From Patescibacteria group bacterium (GTDB lineage Bacteria > Patescibacteriota > Minisyncoccia > Phycocordibacterales > UBA918): a stretch of 57,280 nucleotides of DNA. The DNA lies in contig JAIEOU010000007.1 in the NCBI GenBank assembly GCA_019750255.1, positions 1 through 57,280 of the forward strand, in the 5' to 3' direction. Position numbers and translations under genes: made by a program. Below, piece by piece: positions 46,552 to 55,791 of the stretch; positions within the stretch are counted from its first letter, which is position 1, and each line of letters opens with the position of its first letter. Under the pieces are notes generated by a model. That model did not search any database. It worked only from the letters and a program-made list of their open reading frames with translations, and was not told where the DNA came from.

Positions 46552-48046
46552 ATCAGCCATTATTATTGGAGCCGGCTTCGGCGGCATCTCGCTCGCTGCC
46601 ATGCTCGGAAAACAGGGCTACCAAGTAGACGTCTATGAAAAAAACGAATCGATTGGCGGTCGAGCGCGTGTGTTTGGAGATCAAGGCTACACCTTTGACA
46701 TGGGTCCGTCGTGGTACATGATGCCGGACGTCTTTGAACACTTTTTCACGCTTATGGGTGAAGACATTCACGAGTACCTTACCCTCAAAAAGCTCGCTCC
46801 TTCGTACCGAGTATTCCTCGGATCCACTGGTGAGCACCACGATTTTTTTGCCAACCGCGCTCTCAACGCCGTCGTGTTTGATGCAATTGAATCGGGAGCC
46901 GGTAAAAAGCTTAACGACTACCTCGATGAGTCAGAGCGTCAATACGGTATTGCTAAACACGAGTTTATTTACAAAAATTACGATTCAATTTTTGACTTCT
47001 TTAATAAGCGGGTTATGCGCGAGGGTCGCAAACTCGAGATTTTAAACAGCATGCAGCGCATCATCCACAGAACCTTCAAGAGCGAGCTCTTGCGTAAGGT
47101 GATGCTCTTTCAAATGGTATTACTTGGCACTGCCCCCAAAGATGCGCCCGGGATGTATCGTCTCATGAACCATGTCGACTTCGACTTAGGCATCTGGTAT
47201 CCCGATGGCGGCATCGGTGAATTACCGAAGGCAATTGGAAAGCTCGCCGAAAAGCACGGGGTGCGCTTTCACTACAACGCACCGGTGCGACGCATCATTA
47301 CCGAACAAGGCAAGGCCGTCGGGGTTGAACTTGAGGACGGGACGAACAAGCACGCAGATATGGTCGTGAGTAACGCCGACCTCCATCATACTGAAACTGC
47401 CCTCCTCTCACCCCACGAGCGCGACCACAGCGACCGCTACTGGGAAAAACGGACGTTAGCACCAAGTGCCTTTATTATGTACCTCGGTGTTAACAGACAG
47501 TACGATAACCTGACCCACCATAATCTACTCTTTACCGAGAACTGGGACAGAAATTTTAAAGAGATTTTCAACCACCACGACTTCCCTACTGACCCATCAA
47601 TCTACGTCTGTGCCCCGAGCAAGAGCGACCCGAACGTCGCACCGGCCGGTCACGAAAACCTGTTTGTCTTAGTACCGCTCTCAGCGGGGGTTTCGTATGA
47701 CGATGCCAAAAAACGACTATGGGCGGATCGCACCCTGAGCATATTACAGAACCGACTCGGCCTCGCCGACCTTGAAAAGCATATAGTGTACAAACGGGTT
47801 TACTGCGCTGAAGATTTCTCCCATGACTACAATAGCTTTAAAGGTACAGCGCTTGGTCTGGCGCACACCCTAGGTCAATCAGCCCTCTGGCGCCCGAATA
47901 ATATCTCAAAGAAAGTTAAAAACCTGTACTTTGTCGGTTCATACCAAAACCCAGGCATCGGTATGCCGATCTGTGTTATTTCGGCCCAGAATGTCTATAA
48001 GCGCATCATGAATATAAGTTCACCCCATCCCCTCACGTCCCTCTAA
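46538..48046 (+). CDS. crtI: Phytoene desaturase
   Basis: IIGAGFGG, FDMGPSWYMMP, YVCAPSKSD, GLAHTLGQ, PGIGMP; start set at MSTTK. Confidence 0.93.
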   Translation: MSTTKSAIIIGAGFGGISLAAMLGKQGYQVDVYEKNESIGGRARVFGDQGYTFDMGPSWYMMPDVFEHFFTLMGEDIHEYLTLKKLAPSYRVFLGSTGEHHDFFANRALNAVVFDAIESGAGKKLNDYLDESERQYGIAKHEFIYKNYDSIFDFFNKRVMREGRKLEILNSMQRIIHRTFKSELLRKVMLFQMVLLGTAPKDAPGMYRLMNHVDFDLGIWYPDGGIGELPKAIGKLAEKHGVRFHYNAPVRRIITEQGKAVGVELEDGTNKHADMVVSNADLHHTETALLSPHERDHSDRYWEKRTLAPSAFIMYLGVNRQYDNLTHHNLLFTENWDRNFKEIFNHHDFPTDPSIYVCAPSKSDPNVAPAGHENLFVLVPLSAGVSYDDAKKRLWADRTLSILQNRLGLADLEKHIVYKRVYCAEDFSHDYNSFKGTALGLAHTLGQSALWRPNNISKKVKNLYFVGSYQNPGIGMPICVISAQNVYKRIMNISSPHPLTSL

Positions 48047-48897
48047 AACCAACCGTTTTCATAGAGCACAAGGAGCGTTACCAGGGTTCCCATAACTGAA
48101 TTTAACTTCGGGAAGTACTTGTAGAGCTGTAGTAGTCGTTCGTCGCTAGCCTTAAGCGAAAGGCCCATCATTATGAGGTACGGTACCGAAAGTGCGAGTG
48201 CGAGCAAACCGAAGTACAGATAGGCTATAAGTCCAGCACCGAGATAGGCAAAGGCACACACAATGATGGTTCGTTCTTTACCTAAAAAAGTGGCAATGGT
48301 TGGTACGCCCGCCTCTCCGTCGGCGGCAATATCAGGCACCGCCGAATATGCATGCATGGCCATCGCCCAGAACATGCCGGCCACCACGGGCAAAAGGACG
48401 TCCTCCACTTCACCAGCTAGGTAGTAACCAAACACACCTGTCGCTACGTAGTGACCGGCAGAAAAAAAGCTATCAAGCAGCGGCCGAGCCTTCGCTCGAA
48501 CGGGCGGCATCGAGTAACCAATCGCAAAAAAGAGAAAGGCTATAAAGGCGAGGAGAGCAGCCTTCGAAGCAAAGATGGCCAGAATCAGAAATGGCAGCGT
48601 GCTCCAAAAAATAGCGCGCAAGACCGGTCGATGGAGGGATGGGTCAAGCACGTCTTCGTACCCGGCTTTCTTTGGGTTGCGAATGTCCGTATCGTAGTCA
48701 TACACATCATTAACTCCGTAAATCAGAAAATTTGCCGGATACAGAAAATAAAGAGCAAAAATTATGACCAGCCACCACGGTGTAGTGGTGGTAGCTGAGA
48801 GCGCCATGAGTACTCCAAGTGCAAACGTACCTAATTCGTAAATCCAGAATCGTGGTCGGGAGAGCGAAAGAGCCCGCGGCAGGGTGAGTACAGACAT
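48043..48897 (-). CDS. UbiA-family prenyltransferase, lycopene elongase (CrtEb/LyeJ) type
   Basis: SRPRFW, YGVNDVYDYDTDIRNPKK, YSMPPVRAK, SAVPDIAAD; convergent with crtI. Confidence 0.82.
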   Translation of the reverse strand: MSVLTLPRALSLSRPRFWIYELGTFALGVLMALSATTTTPWWLVIIFALYFLYPANFLIYGVNDVYDYDTDIRNPKKAGYEDVLDPSLHRPVLRAIFWSTLPFLILAIFASKAALLAFIAFLFFAIGYSMPPVRAKARPLLDSFFSAGHYVATGVFGYYLAGEVEDVLLPVVAGMFWAMAMHAYSAVPDIAADGEAGVPTIATFLGKERTIIVCAFAYLGAGLIAYLYFGLLALALSVPYLIMMGLSLKASDERLLQLYKYFPKLNSVMGTLVTLLVLYENGWF

Positions 48898-49420
48898 CCG
48901 GCTATAGTAACAGACTTTGAACTGTTGACAAATCATTATATTAACTGCCTTCTGAGGAAGGCTAGGACCAATACAGCTAGCGAGAGGAGTCAGTCTATGA
49001 CAAACCCGTAGTGACGAAGACATACACCGACATGAGCGACACAAGATATTTGACAGAGCCAGCTATACGCTTTACGAGTGGTCAGACATGCATCATCAGG
49101 CTCATCGATAAGTGTTACAGGGCTCAACAGACCGCATAATCCCATGCCCTGCCACCTGTCAAAAAAACACATCCGAGCTCAAACCTCCCACGATACTACT
49201 TGATTATCATTTTATATGCAGCTTTAACTGAACCCGTAGAACGTGTCACCCAAGCGCCCTCCAGCTCATAAAAAATCTTCTTTTTTTATTAATGAAAGAA
49301 ATCAGCGGTTCGTGCGTCTTAAGAACTGGAAGTACAAAAAAGGAATCAAGGAACACCAACGACCAGTAATAAGGTCACCCACGGGAGGTCTGACCACGCT
49401 TTACATCGTGAGAGAGGACC

Positions 49421-49915
49421 ATGTTTTTGTTACAAAGAACACTACTCGTCGCCGTACTCATAGTCGCCAGCATGGTGACGCCGAGCACTGTTACGAGCGC
49501 CTGGGCTATGCCTAACCATATGCTGAGCCGCCTTGGCGAAGCAGAGCAGCGTACTATCGTCAACCACATCATTGCCGAGGTATTTCCTCGGGCCGCGGTT
49601 GCACGCATGCAGGCGATTGCCTGGTGCGAATCTCGAGGACGCCATGTCATCGAAAATGGCTCGCTCATGCGTAACGCTTCAGGTGCCTTTCACGGGGCCC
49701 TGCAAGTTGCATGGAGAGTCCATGAAAACGATATTGAGCGTCTTCGACAGCAGTACAATCTTCAGGTACGGGATAATGTACGTGACTATGTGCACTTCAA
49801 TCTTATTCTGTACCAACAGGATAGGCAACGCGGAGGTGACGGTTTTAGACCCTGGCCCCGATGCCGAGTTCGCACAGCCCACGTGGATACAATTCAAGTA
49901 GCTGAAGCACGCTGA
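49421..49915 (+). CDS. Secreted lysozyme-like / transglycosylase-fold protein
   Basis: Signal peptide; IAWCES, GALQV, GFRPW; GAGGA SD. Confidence 0.65.
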   Translation: MFLLQRTLLVAVLIVASMVTPSTVTSAWAMPNHMLSRLGEAEQRTIVNHIIAEVFPRAAVARMQAIAWCESRGRHVIENGSLMRNASGAFHGALQVAWRVHENDIERLRQQYNLQVRDNVRDYVHFNLILYQQDRQRGGDGFRPWPRCRVRTAHVDTIQVAEAR

Positions 49916-50016
49916 TTCATGCGGGGCCCGAAATCGATGCACATCATCACTTCGGGCCCCGCCGCCGACCGCCTATTCGACACCATCGGGTAGGTGTTTT
50001 TAATATGGATGACATT

Positions 50017-50057
50017 TAAAACAGCGGGCGTCCCCGATGGGAACGCCCGCTGTTTTA
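50017..50057. terminator. Bidirectional terminator
   Basis: TAAAACAGCGGGCGT..ACGCCCGCTGTTTTA inverted repeat between convergent genes. Confidence 0.8.
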
Positions 50058-50069
50058 TTGATGAGAGTT

Positions 50070-51887
50070 TTAACTCTTAGTAACCGCTACCTTGTCGCGT
50101 CGGTAGAAAGCATACCCAAGGTACGCACCCCACAGAACGATAATCGCAAGCACGGTGAGCTGGATCGCAGTACGAGCATCGACGCCAGTGTACGGAACAT
50201 CGGTGAGTGAGATACTCGTGACAAGCGGCTGCTGGTCACGGATTTCAGTTATCTTAACATCGTCTACATCGATTTTTACCGTACATTCACGATCACGACT
50301 ACCGCGGGCGGCTGTCAGGGTGTAGGTAGTGTCGCGGGTAGGGCGAACCGTAATTGAGCCATCATAGAGATCTTTTTTATCGTCTCCCAGTTTACCGTCA
50401 GTAGTGACGATTGTCTGGTTACGATTATCTTTAATTTCTACAGCTGTTGCGGCTGAGGTGTTCCACTTAAGCGTGACACGATCACCAGAACTGATAGTGC
50501 GATCTGATGCAGTGAGTTCACACCGTGGTGTAGCTGAACCACCTCCACCTCCCCCACCGCCACCGCCATTATCTTCATCTACCGAAATGGTAACCGGACA
50601 GCTAATCGTCGTACTATTCTTAGTCGCGGTTAACGTGTAGGTGGTATTTGCGCTAGGACTGACTGCAACTGAACCAGTGAATGCATTATTCGTATTCACA
50701 CCGTTACTGATTGCAACACTGGTTGCACCACTGACACTCCAGCCGAGCGTACTGCTCTCTCCTTCGTCGATAGTTAATGGACTGGCAGTGAAGTTTACAT
50801 TGTTAGCACAGGTAAACGGTGTCTCTACGGAACGTTCGCGTACTTCTATCGATACTGGACAGGTTACCTGAGTACCGTTGCCACTGGCCGTAAGGGTGTA
50901 GGTGGTGTTGGCTTGTGGACTTACAGAGCGCGTCCCGTCAGCATCAACCGTGTTGATACCCTGGTTAATGGAAACACTGGTAGCGTTACTGGTACTCCAG
51001 GTCAACGTTGAGGAATCCCCACGGAAAATCACCGTTGGGCTGGCGGTAAATGCGTCACACGTCGGTGCTGCTGGTTGCTCGGTAACCGTAACCGTGACTG
51101 GACAACTTTTAGTCTCCTGACCTTTCTTTACCGTAAGGACGTATGTGGTTGTTCCATCAGGTGTAACCTGACGCGAACCATTGCCTAGCGATACAGCACC
51201 AACTCCGCCCGAGATAATTGCACTGTCGGCGTTAATGGCGCTCCACGTAAGAACCGTTTGGCCACCCCGCACCACCGACACTGGTGATGCGGTAAGAGTA
51301 CAGTCTGGAAGTGGATCTGGACAAGGAATAACAGTAATTACCACCACACAGGTCGAACTACTACCTTGTCCCGAAACCGAAAGGGTGTAGGTCTGAGTGC
51401 CGACGCCACTAGCAGTAAAAGTGCGTGATCCGCTACTCTCAACTGAGCCAAAATTTGTAAGCGTTACGTTCGATGCATTACTACTACTCCACGAAATCGT
51501 TACCGAACTCTTTTCCTCCACGGTCCGTGTCGAGGAATTAAGTACACACGTAGGCAGATGCGGCGGCGTGACAATGGGAGGAATCACAACCGGGGGTATT
51601 ACGGTGGGTACAGTGACGGTTGGTGCGGCCACCGTAGGTGCCGTTACGGTTGGTGCTGATACAGTCGACGGTACGCTCACAATGGGAACAGTAATGGTTG
51701 GTGCAGCAAGTGTTGGGGCGGTTATGGTTGGTGCAGTTACGGTTGGTAGAACCGTTGTGAATAAGCCAGTAGCCTGCACCGGCTCGGTAACAACGTTGGT
51801 CTGATGATTGATATCAAACGCCATGGTCACTCCCACCATACATAGGGCTACAACAACAAATGCGGAAATCTTAATAATTTTGTGCAT
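50070..51887 (-). CDS. Cell-surface protein with ~5 Cys-bracketed Ig/PKD-like repeats and a sortase-type C-terminal signal
   Basis: Signal peptide, APT(I/V/L) repeats, repeated C..tASP..L.W..TTYTLT..C units, poly-Gly linker, VPYTG + TM + RRDK. Confidence 0.85.
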   Translation of the reverse strand: MHKIIKISAFVVVALCMVGVTMAFDINHQTNVVTEPVQATGLFTTVLPTVTAPTITAPTLAAPTITVPIVSVPSTVSAPTVTAPTVAAPTVTVPTVIPPVVIPPIVTPPHLPTCVLNSSTRTVEEKSSVTISWSSSNASNVTLTNFGSVESSGSRTFTASGVGTQTYTLSVSGQGSSSTCVVVITVIPCPDPLPDCTLTASPVSVVRGGQTVLTWSAINADSAIISGGVGAVSLGNGSRQVTPDGTTTYVLTVKKGQETKSCPVTVTVTEQPAAPTCDAFTASPTVIFRGDSSTLTWSTSNATSVSINQGINTVDADGTRSVSPQANTTYTLTASGNGTQVTCPVSIEVRERSVETPFTCANNVNFTASPLTIDEGESSTLGWSVSGATSVAISNGVNTNNAFTGSVAVSPSANTTYTLTATKNSTTISCPVTISVDEDNGGGGGGGGGGSATPRCELTASDRTISSGDRVTLKWNTSAATAVEIKDNRNQTIVTTDGKLGDDKKDLYDGSITVRPTRDTTYTLTAARGSRDRECTVKIDVDDVKITEIRDQQPLVTSISLTDVPYTGVDARTAIQLTVLAIIVLWGAYLGYAFYRRDKVAVTKS

Positions 51888-52279
51888 ATAGAATTAGGTA
51901 ATTTTTATTTCAGTTATTCCCACCTACACCTGTACGCGAGAATATTAAAAACAAAAAATGTAATCGGCGGGTTGTTACAGCGGCACACAGAGACGCTAAG
52001 CCACGCAAGCTCAGGTCCTGCAGAGTAACGATGACGAGCACTATTCGTAGAAACGGCTCAAGAATTGTCAATTTTGTGGTACATGTCCCGAAGCTTAGCC
52101 GCGAGAGAGATGAGAACTTTACGCCACAGTGTAGCAAAAGAAATACATTTTGTCAATATATTTTACTACCTGTCAAGAGCAGGCTCCCGTGTCACAAAAT
52201 ACCTTTACATGAAGCCATATCATAAGGGCAAACGAGTAGTTGAATAGGGTTAATAATGTTAAACTCACGTTTACTACTT

Positions 52280-53140
52280 ATGCCAGAACTTCCAGAAGTC
52301 GAGACCGTTCGACTTCAGCTTTTATATAAGGTTCGCGGTAAAATCATCAAAAATGTGGTGGTTTTTCATAAAAAAACGGTAGCGCACGACCCAACCTTTA
52401 GCCAAAAACTAGCTGGACTCAGTATTGCGAATATCGACAGGATCGGGAAACTCCTTATTGTACACTTTGCTGACTCAACTCATCACCTACTGGCCCACCT
52501 TAAAATGACTGGGCAGTTTCTCTTTGTTGATAGTACCGGCATCTCTGGTGGCGGACACACAATGTCCACCACTGACACCACTTTACCCAACAAGCACACT
52601 CGAGTAGCGTTTCAGTTTACTGACGGCAGCACCCTGTACTTTAATGACATGCGACTATTTGGATATACTAAGCTTGCGACACTGGAAGAGGTGGAAAAAG
52701 CTCGCGCTCATTTTGGTCCAGAACCCATTGCGGAAAACTTTGACATAGAAATATTTGCTAAGCAGGCAAAGAAGCGAAACGCTCCAATTAAAGCCATATT
52801 ACTCGACCAAACTTTTATCGCTGGCCTTGGTAACATATACGTGGACGAAACACTTTTCCGCGCCGGCGTACGCCCCATAAGTAAGGGCTCTTCTCTTTCA
52901 ACGCCGCGCCTGCGCTCCATTGCCAGACACGCCAGAGACGTCCTTAGTGAGGCAATTGCGGTAGGCGGTACCACCTTTCAACACTTTACTGACACCGGCG
53001 GTGAAGCTGGTAACTTTACCGACTACCTCCGAGTTTTCGGTAAACAACGTACACCGTGCCAAGTCTGCGGTACCACGATTATAAAAATTCGGTGCGCCGG
53101 CCGAGGTACACATTACTGTCCCAAATGCCAGAAACCCTGA
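52280..53140 (+). CDS. mutM: Formamidopyrimidine-DNA glycosylase
   Basis: MPELPEVE, RIGK, HLKMTG, GLGNIY, CQVC..CPKCQ zinc finger. Confidence 0.96.
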   Translation: MPELPEVETVRLQLLYKVRGKIIKNVVVFHKKTVAHDPTFSQKLAGLSIANIDRIGKLLIVHFADSTHHLLAHLKMTGQFLFVDSTGISGGGHTMSTTDTTLPNKHTRVAFQFTDGSTLYFNDMRLFGYTKLATLEEVEKARAHFGPEPIAENFDIEIFAKQAKKRNAPIKAILLDQTFIAGLGNIYVDETLFRAGVRPISKGSSLSTPRLRSIARHARDVLSEAIAVGGTTFQHFTDTGGEAGNFTDYLRVFGKQRTPCQVCGTTIIKIRCAGRGTHYCPKCQKP

Positions 53141-53151
53141 CGTAACCTGTT

Positions 53152-53226
53152 CGTCTCTGCGAGGCACGAAGCAGTCCAGGATCTTTCAGTTTTACCCAAG
53201 ACTGCTTCGCTTCGCTAGAAAAGACG
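53152..53226. repeat. REP/RPE-like palindromic element of a second family
   Basis: CGTCTCTGCGAGGCACGAAGCAGTC ... GACTGCTTCGCTTCGCTAGAAAAGACG. Confidence 0.6.
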
Positions 53227-53256
53227 GCTAACAGTAATTTTGTTAACATAGAAATA

Positions 53257-53919
53257 ATGCACATCCGACTCGAAGAATCCTGGAAGCAAGCGCTCGCTTC
53301 TGAACTCGAGACTGAGTATTTTAAAGAGCTTACTGTTTTTGTACGCGAGGCCTACCTAAACGGCACCGTCTACCCGCCGCCAAAAGATTTATTTGCCGCT
53401 TTTGACGACTGTCAGTTTGACCAAGTGAAGGTAGTAATTCTAGGACAAGATCCCTACCACAGTCCAGAGCAAGCGCATGGCCTGGCCTTTTCAGTACCAG
53501 ACGGCGTAGCCATTCCACCCTCACTTAAAAATATCTATAAGGAAATTAAAAACGATATCGGTACCGATATTCCCCCTTCTGGCAATCTCGAACGCTGGGC
53601 AGATCAGGGTGTATTCCTACTCAACAGCACCCTCACGGTCGCGGCCGGCGCCCCCGGCTCACATCAAGGCAAAGGCTGGGAGGAATGGACTGATGCTGCC
53701 GTTAAAGCCCTGTCAGAAGAGCGCGAGCACCTGGTATTCCTGCTCTGGGGAAATTTCGCCAAGAAAAAGGGTGCGCACATCGACCGCACAAAGCATCTGG
53801 TGCTCGAGGCTGCCCACCCTTCCCCACTCGGTGCCTATAAAGGTTTTTTTGGCAGCAGGCATTTTTCAAAGACCAATGCATATTTAGAAGCACAAGGACA
53901 AAAGCCGATTGTATGGTGA
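53257..53919 (+). CDS. ung: Uracil-DNA glycosylase (family 1)
   Basis: GQDPYH, PPSLKNI, LLNS.LTV, HPSPL. Confidence 0.97.
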   Translation: MHIRLEESWKQALASELETEYFKELTVFVREAYLNGTVYPPPKDLFAAFDDCQFDQVKVVILGQDPYHSPEQAHGLAFSVPDGVAIPPSLKNIYKEIKNDIGTDIPPSGNLERWADQGVFLLNSTLTVAAGAPGSHQGKGWEEWTDAAVKALSEEREHLVFLLWGNFAKKKGAHIDRTKHLVLEAAHPSPLGAYKGFFGSRHFSKTNAYLEAQGQKPIVW

Positions 53920-54108
53920 GGAGAAACAAGGAATAGCAAAACCATGACTGTTTTCTCCTTCCCGAAAACTACCACTCGTTATCTCGCTCTACGGCTCGAA
54001 ACGAGTGAAGTTTTCAAATAAGGAAAATATAGTCGGCACTTCGTACCTCCTTATTTCTCCTTATGCCGAGGCCCCGCTACTTTCTCCCATTCAGGGAGAA
54101 AGTAGCGG
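53919..54108. repeat. Dispersed copy of the G.A-mismatch mosaic repeat plus a perfect 15-bp hairpin
   Basis: 53958-54066 matches 8017-8124 except mainly in the inner stems and loops; hairpin CCGCTACTTTCTCCC-attca-GGGAGAAAGTAGCGG at 54074-54108. Confidence 0.88.
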
Positions 54109-54131
54109 CCGCAGCCGGCCACACTCACTAT

Positions 54132-55691
54132 CTAGGCAAGACCTGGGAAAAAGTCTTCTACGATCTTCGTTACCCCCATTTCTTTTAGTAACGTACTATA
54201 CGCATTCACCATCCCCGGTGGCCCCGAGAGATACCACGTTCGATCGCCGTAATCAGGGGCGCGGCGGGCAATCATTTCTTTCGTGACGAAGCCTTCTTCA
54301 AACTCACTCCCTATGTGCTTTTCTTTGGCTAGTACGTGCACGAGTCGTAACGGCAGCACCTTAGCAAAGTGAGTACATTCATCACGGTAAGCAATTTCTG
54401 CAGACGTGTTGTTGCAATAAAAAAGAATGGTGTCGTGCACTATCTGAGCGTCGGCCATATAGGCTAAATGGCTTCTAAACGGTGTCACCCCGATACCACC
54501 AGCGATAAAACCAAGTTTTTCCGTTGCACTTTCTGGCAAAACAAAGTCGCCAGCGAGCTGACTGCCTATCAAACTATCTCCGGGTCGCAGTGAAAGTAGG
54601 GCTTGCTTATACGTACTTCCTCTCTCCACTACCTTGAGGGCGAGGCGCACATCAGGCTCGGTCGATGATGAGGCAATCGTAAAATAGCGGCGCAGTCCCC
54701 GACTGTCGGCCGGAGCATGCGGCAGCATCCACTCTAAGTACTGTCCGGCTAAAAATGAAAACCTTGCCGGCTTTTTAAAAACAAACTCGTACGTACCGAG
54801 CGCTAGTTCACGGCGACTAGAAAATACCAGAGCCAGCTTCTGGCGCAATGTAGTGTAGTAAAACGCAAGATTACCAACCACGAGTGCAAGCTCCGGCGTC
54901 ATTTTTACTACTGGGGCAAGCAGATATGTTTGAGACAGTAGGCCGACGAGTACGCCATAGCCGATTTGTTGGGTTCGCCGAGGCGGCATAGTAAATGGTT
55001 CGGTAAGCATAAAAATCGCGAGAAACAGACTTGGTCCAGAAAGCCAGAAGAACTGTGTACTCAACATCAAATCACCACTAAGCCGCCACTCCTCGAACAA
55101 CATCATCGCATAACCAGCACCCAAAAACGCGAGCACCGGTGCCCACTTACGCACCTTAGTGACGACCAAGCATCCAATCAGAGCAAGCGGAATAAATAAT
55201 AGCGGCGTACCTATCCACCAGCCCGTCTCAAACGTACCAAAAGAAGCCGGAAGGAGCGCGAACAGAAAAGCCATCATGATCGCCCCTCCGGCCGCCGGAT
55301 TAATAATGTGCTGCTTGCGCCAAACAATAATAAATTTTGTACATACTGCCAGAGCAGCAACCCCGGCACCAAGCGCATAGTCACCCACACTCGCAAGCGG
55401 GGGTGGGACCACTAGAAAGTGTACAATCAGTCCAGTTATTACTGCCGACTCATGATTCACTGATATATGTAACAATCTCGCTGCGAGCGCATTCACGGCC
55501 AGCGCGGTCACGAGCGCGCTTCCAAGTGAAAGCAATTGTTCAAAGGCAGTGTACGGGAGCAGACCGCCTATACCCGCCACCAACGCAATTAATGCAAGCA
55601 GAGTGAGTCCGATGGTTACCACCCGGTACATACCGGTACGGTCAAGAAACCGACTGACTGGTGCCCAGAGAGAATGAAAGATTGTAACCAT
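54132..55691 (-). CDS. RnfD/NqrB-like membrane domain fused to an FNR-type FAD/NAD(P)-binding oxidoreductase
   Basis: Multi-TM with HIINPAA and FMLTEPFTMP; then GQYL, RYFTIASS, IAGGIGVTPFRS, YLSGPPGMV, FFPG. Confidence 0.88.
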   Translation of the reverse strand: MVTIFHSLWAPVSRFLDRTGMYRVVTIGLTLLALIALVAGIGGLLPYTAFEQLLSLGSALVTALAVNALAARLLHISVNHESAVITGLIVHFLVVPPPLASVGDYALGAGVAALAVCTKFIIVWRKQHIINPAAGGAIMMAFLFALLPASFGTFETGWWIGTPLLFIPLALIGCLVVTKVRKWAPVLAFLGAGYAMMLFEEWRLSGDLMLSTQFFWLSGPSLFLAIFMLTEPFTMPPRRTQQIGYGVLVGLLSQTYLLAPVVKMTPELALVVGNLAFYYTTLRQKLALVFSSRRELALGTYEFVFKKPARFSFLAGQYLEWMLPHAPADSRGLRRYFTIASSSTEPDVRLALKVVERGSTYKQALLSLRPGDSLIGSQLAGDFVLPESATEKLGFIAGGIGVTPFRSHLAYMADAQIVHDTILFYCNNTSAEIAYRDECTHFAKVLPLRLVHVLAKEKHIGSEFEEGFVTKEMIARRAPDYGDRTWYLSGPPGMVNAYSTLLKEMGVTKIVEDFFPGLA

Positions 55692-55791
55692 AGATGCGTA
55701 GTTGGCAGTAAGCGTTCGTTGAACAAACAACGGTACTTTGTATAATGACGGTTGTTCGCGCGTGCTTATTTTATACTAATAATAACTCATC

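Noticed and set aside
51910-52140. Possible riboswitch (c-di-GMP-like words) upstream of the surface-protein gene
   Set aside because: The resemblance is partial and on the strand opposite the gene; some pairing (GCTAAGC/GCTTAGC) exists but no full consensus could be built
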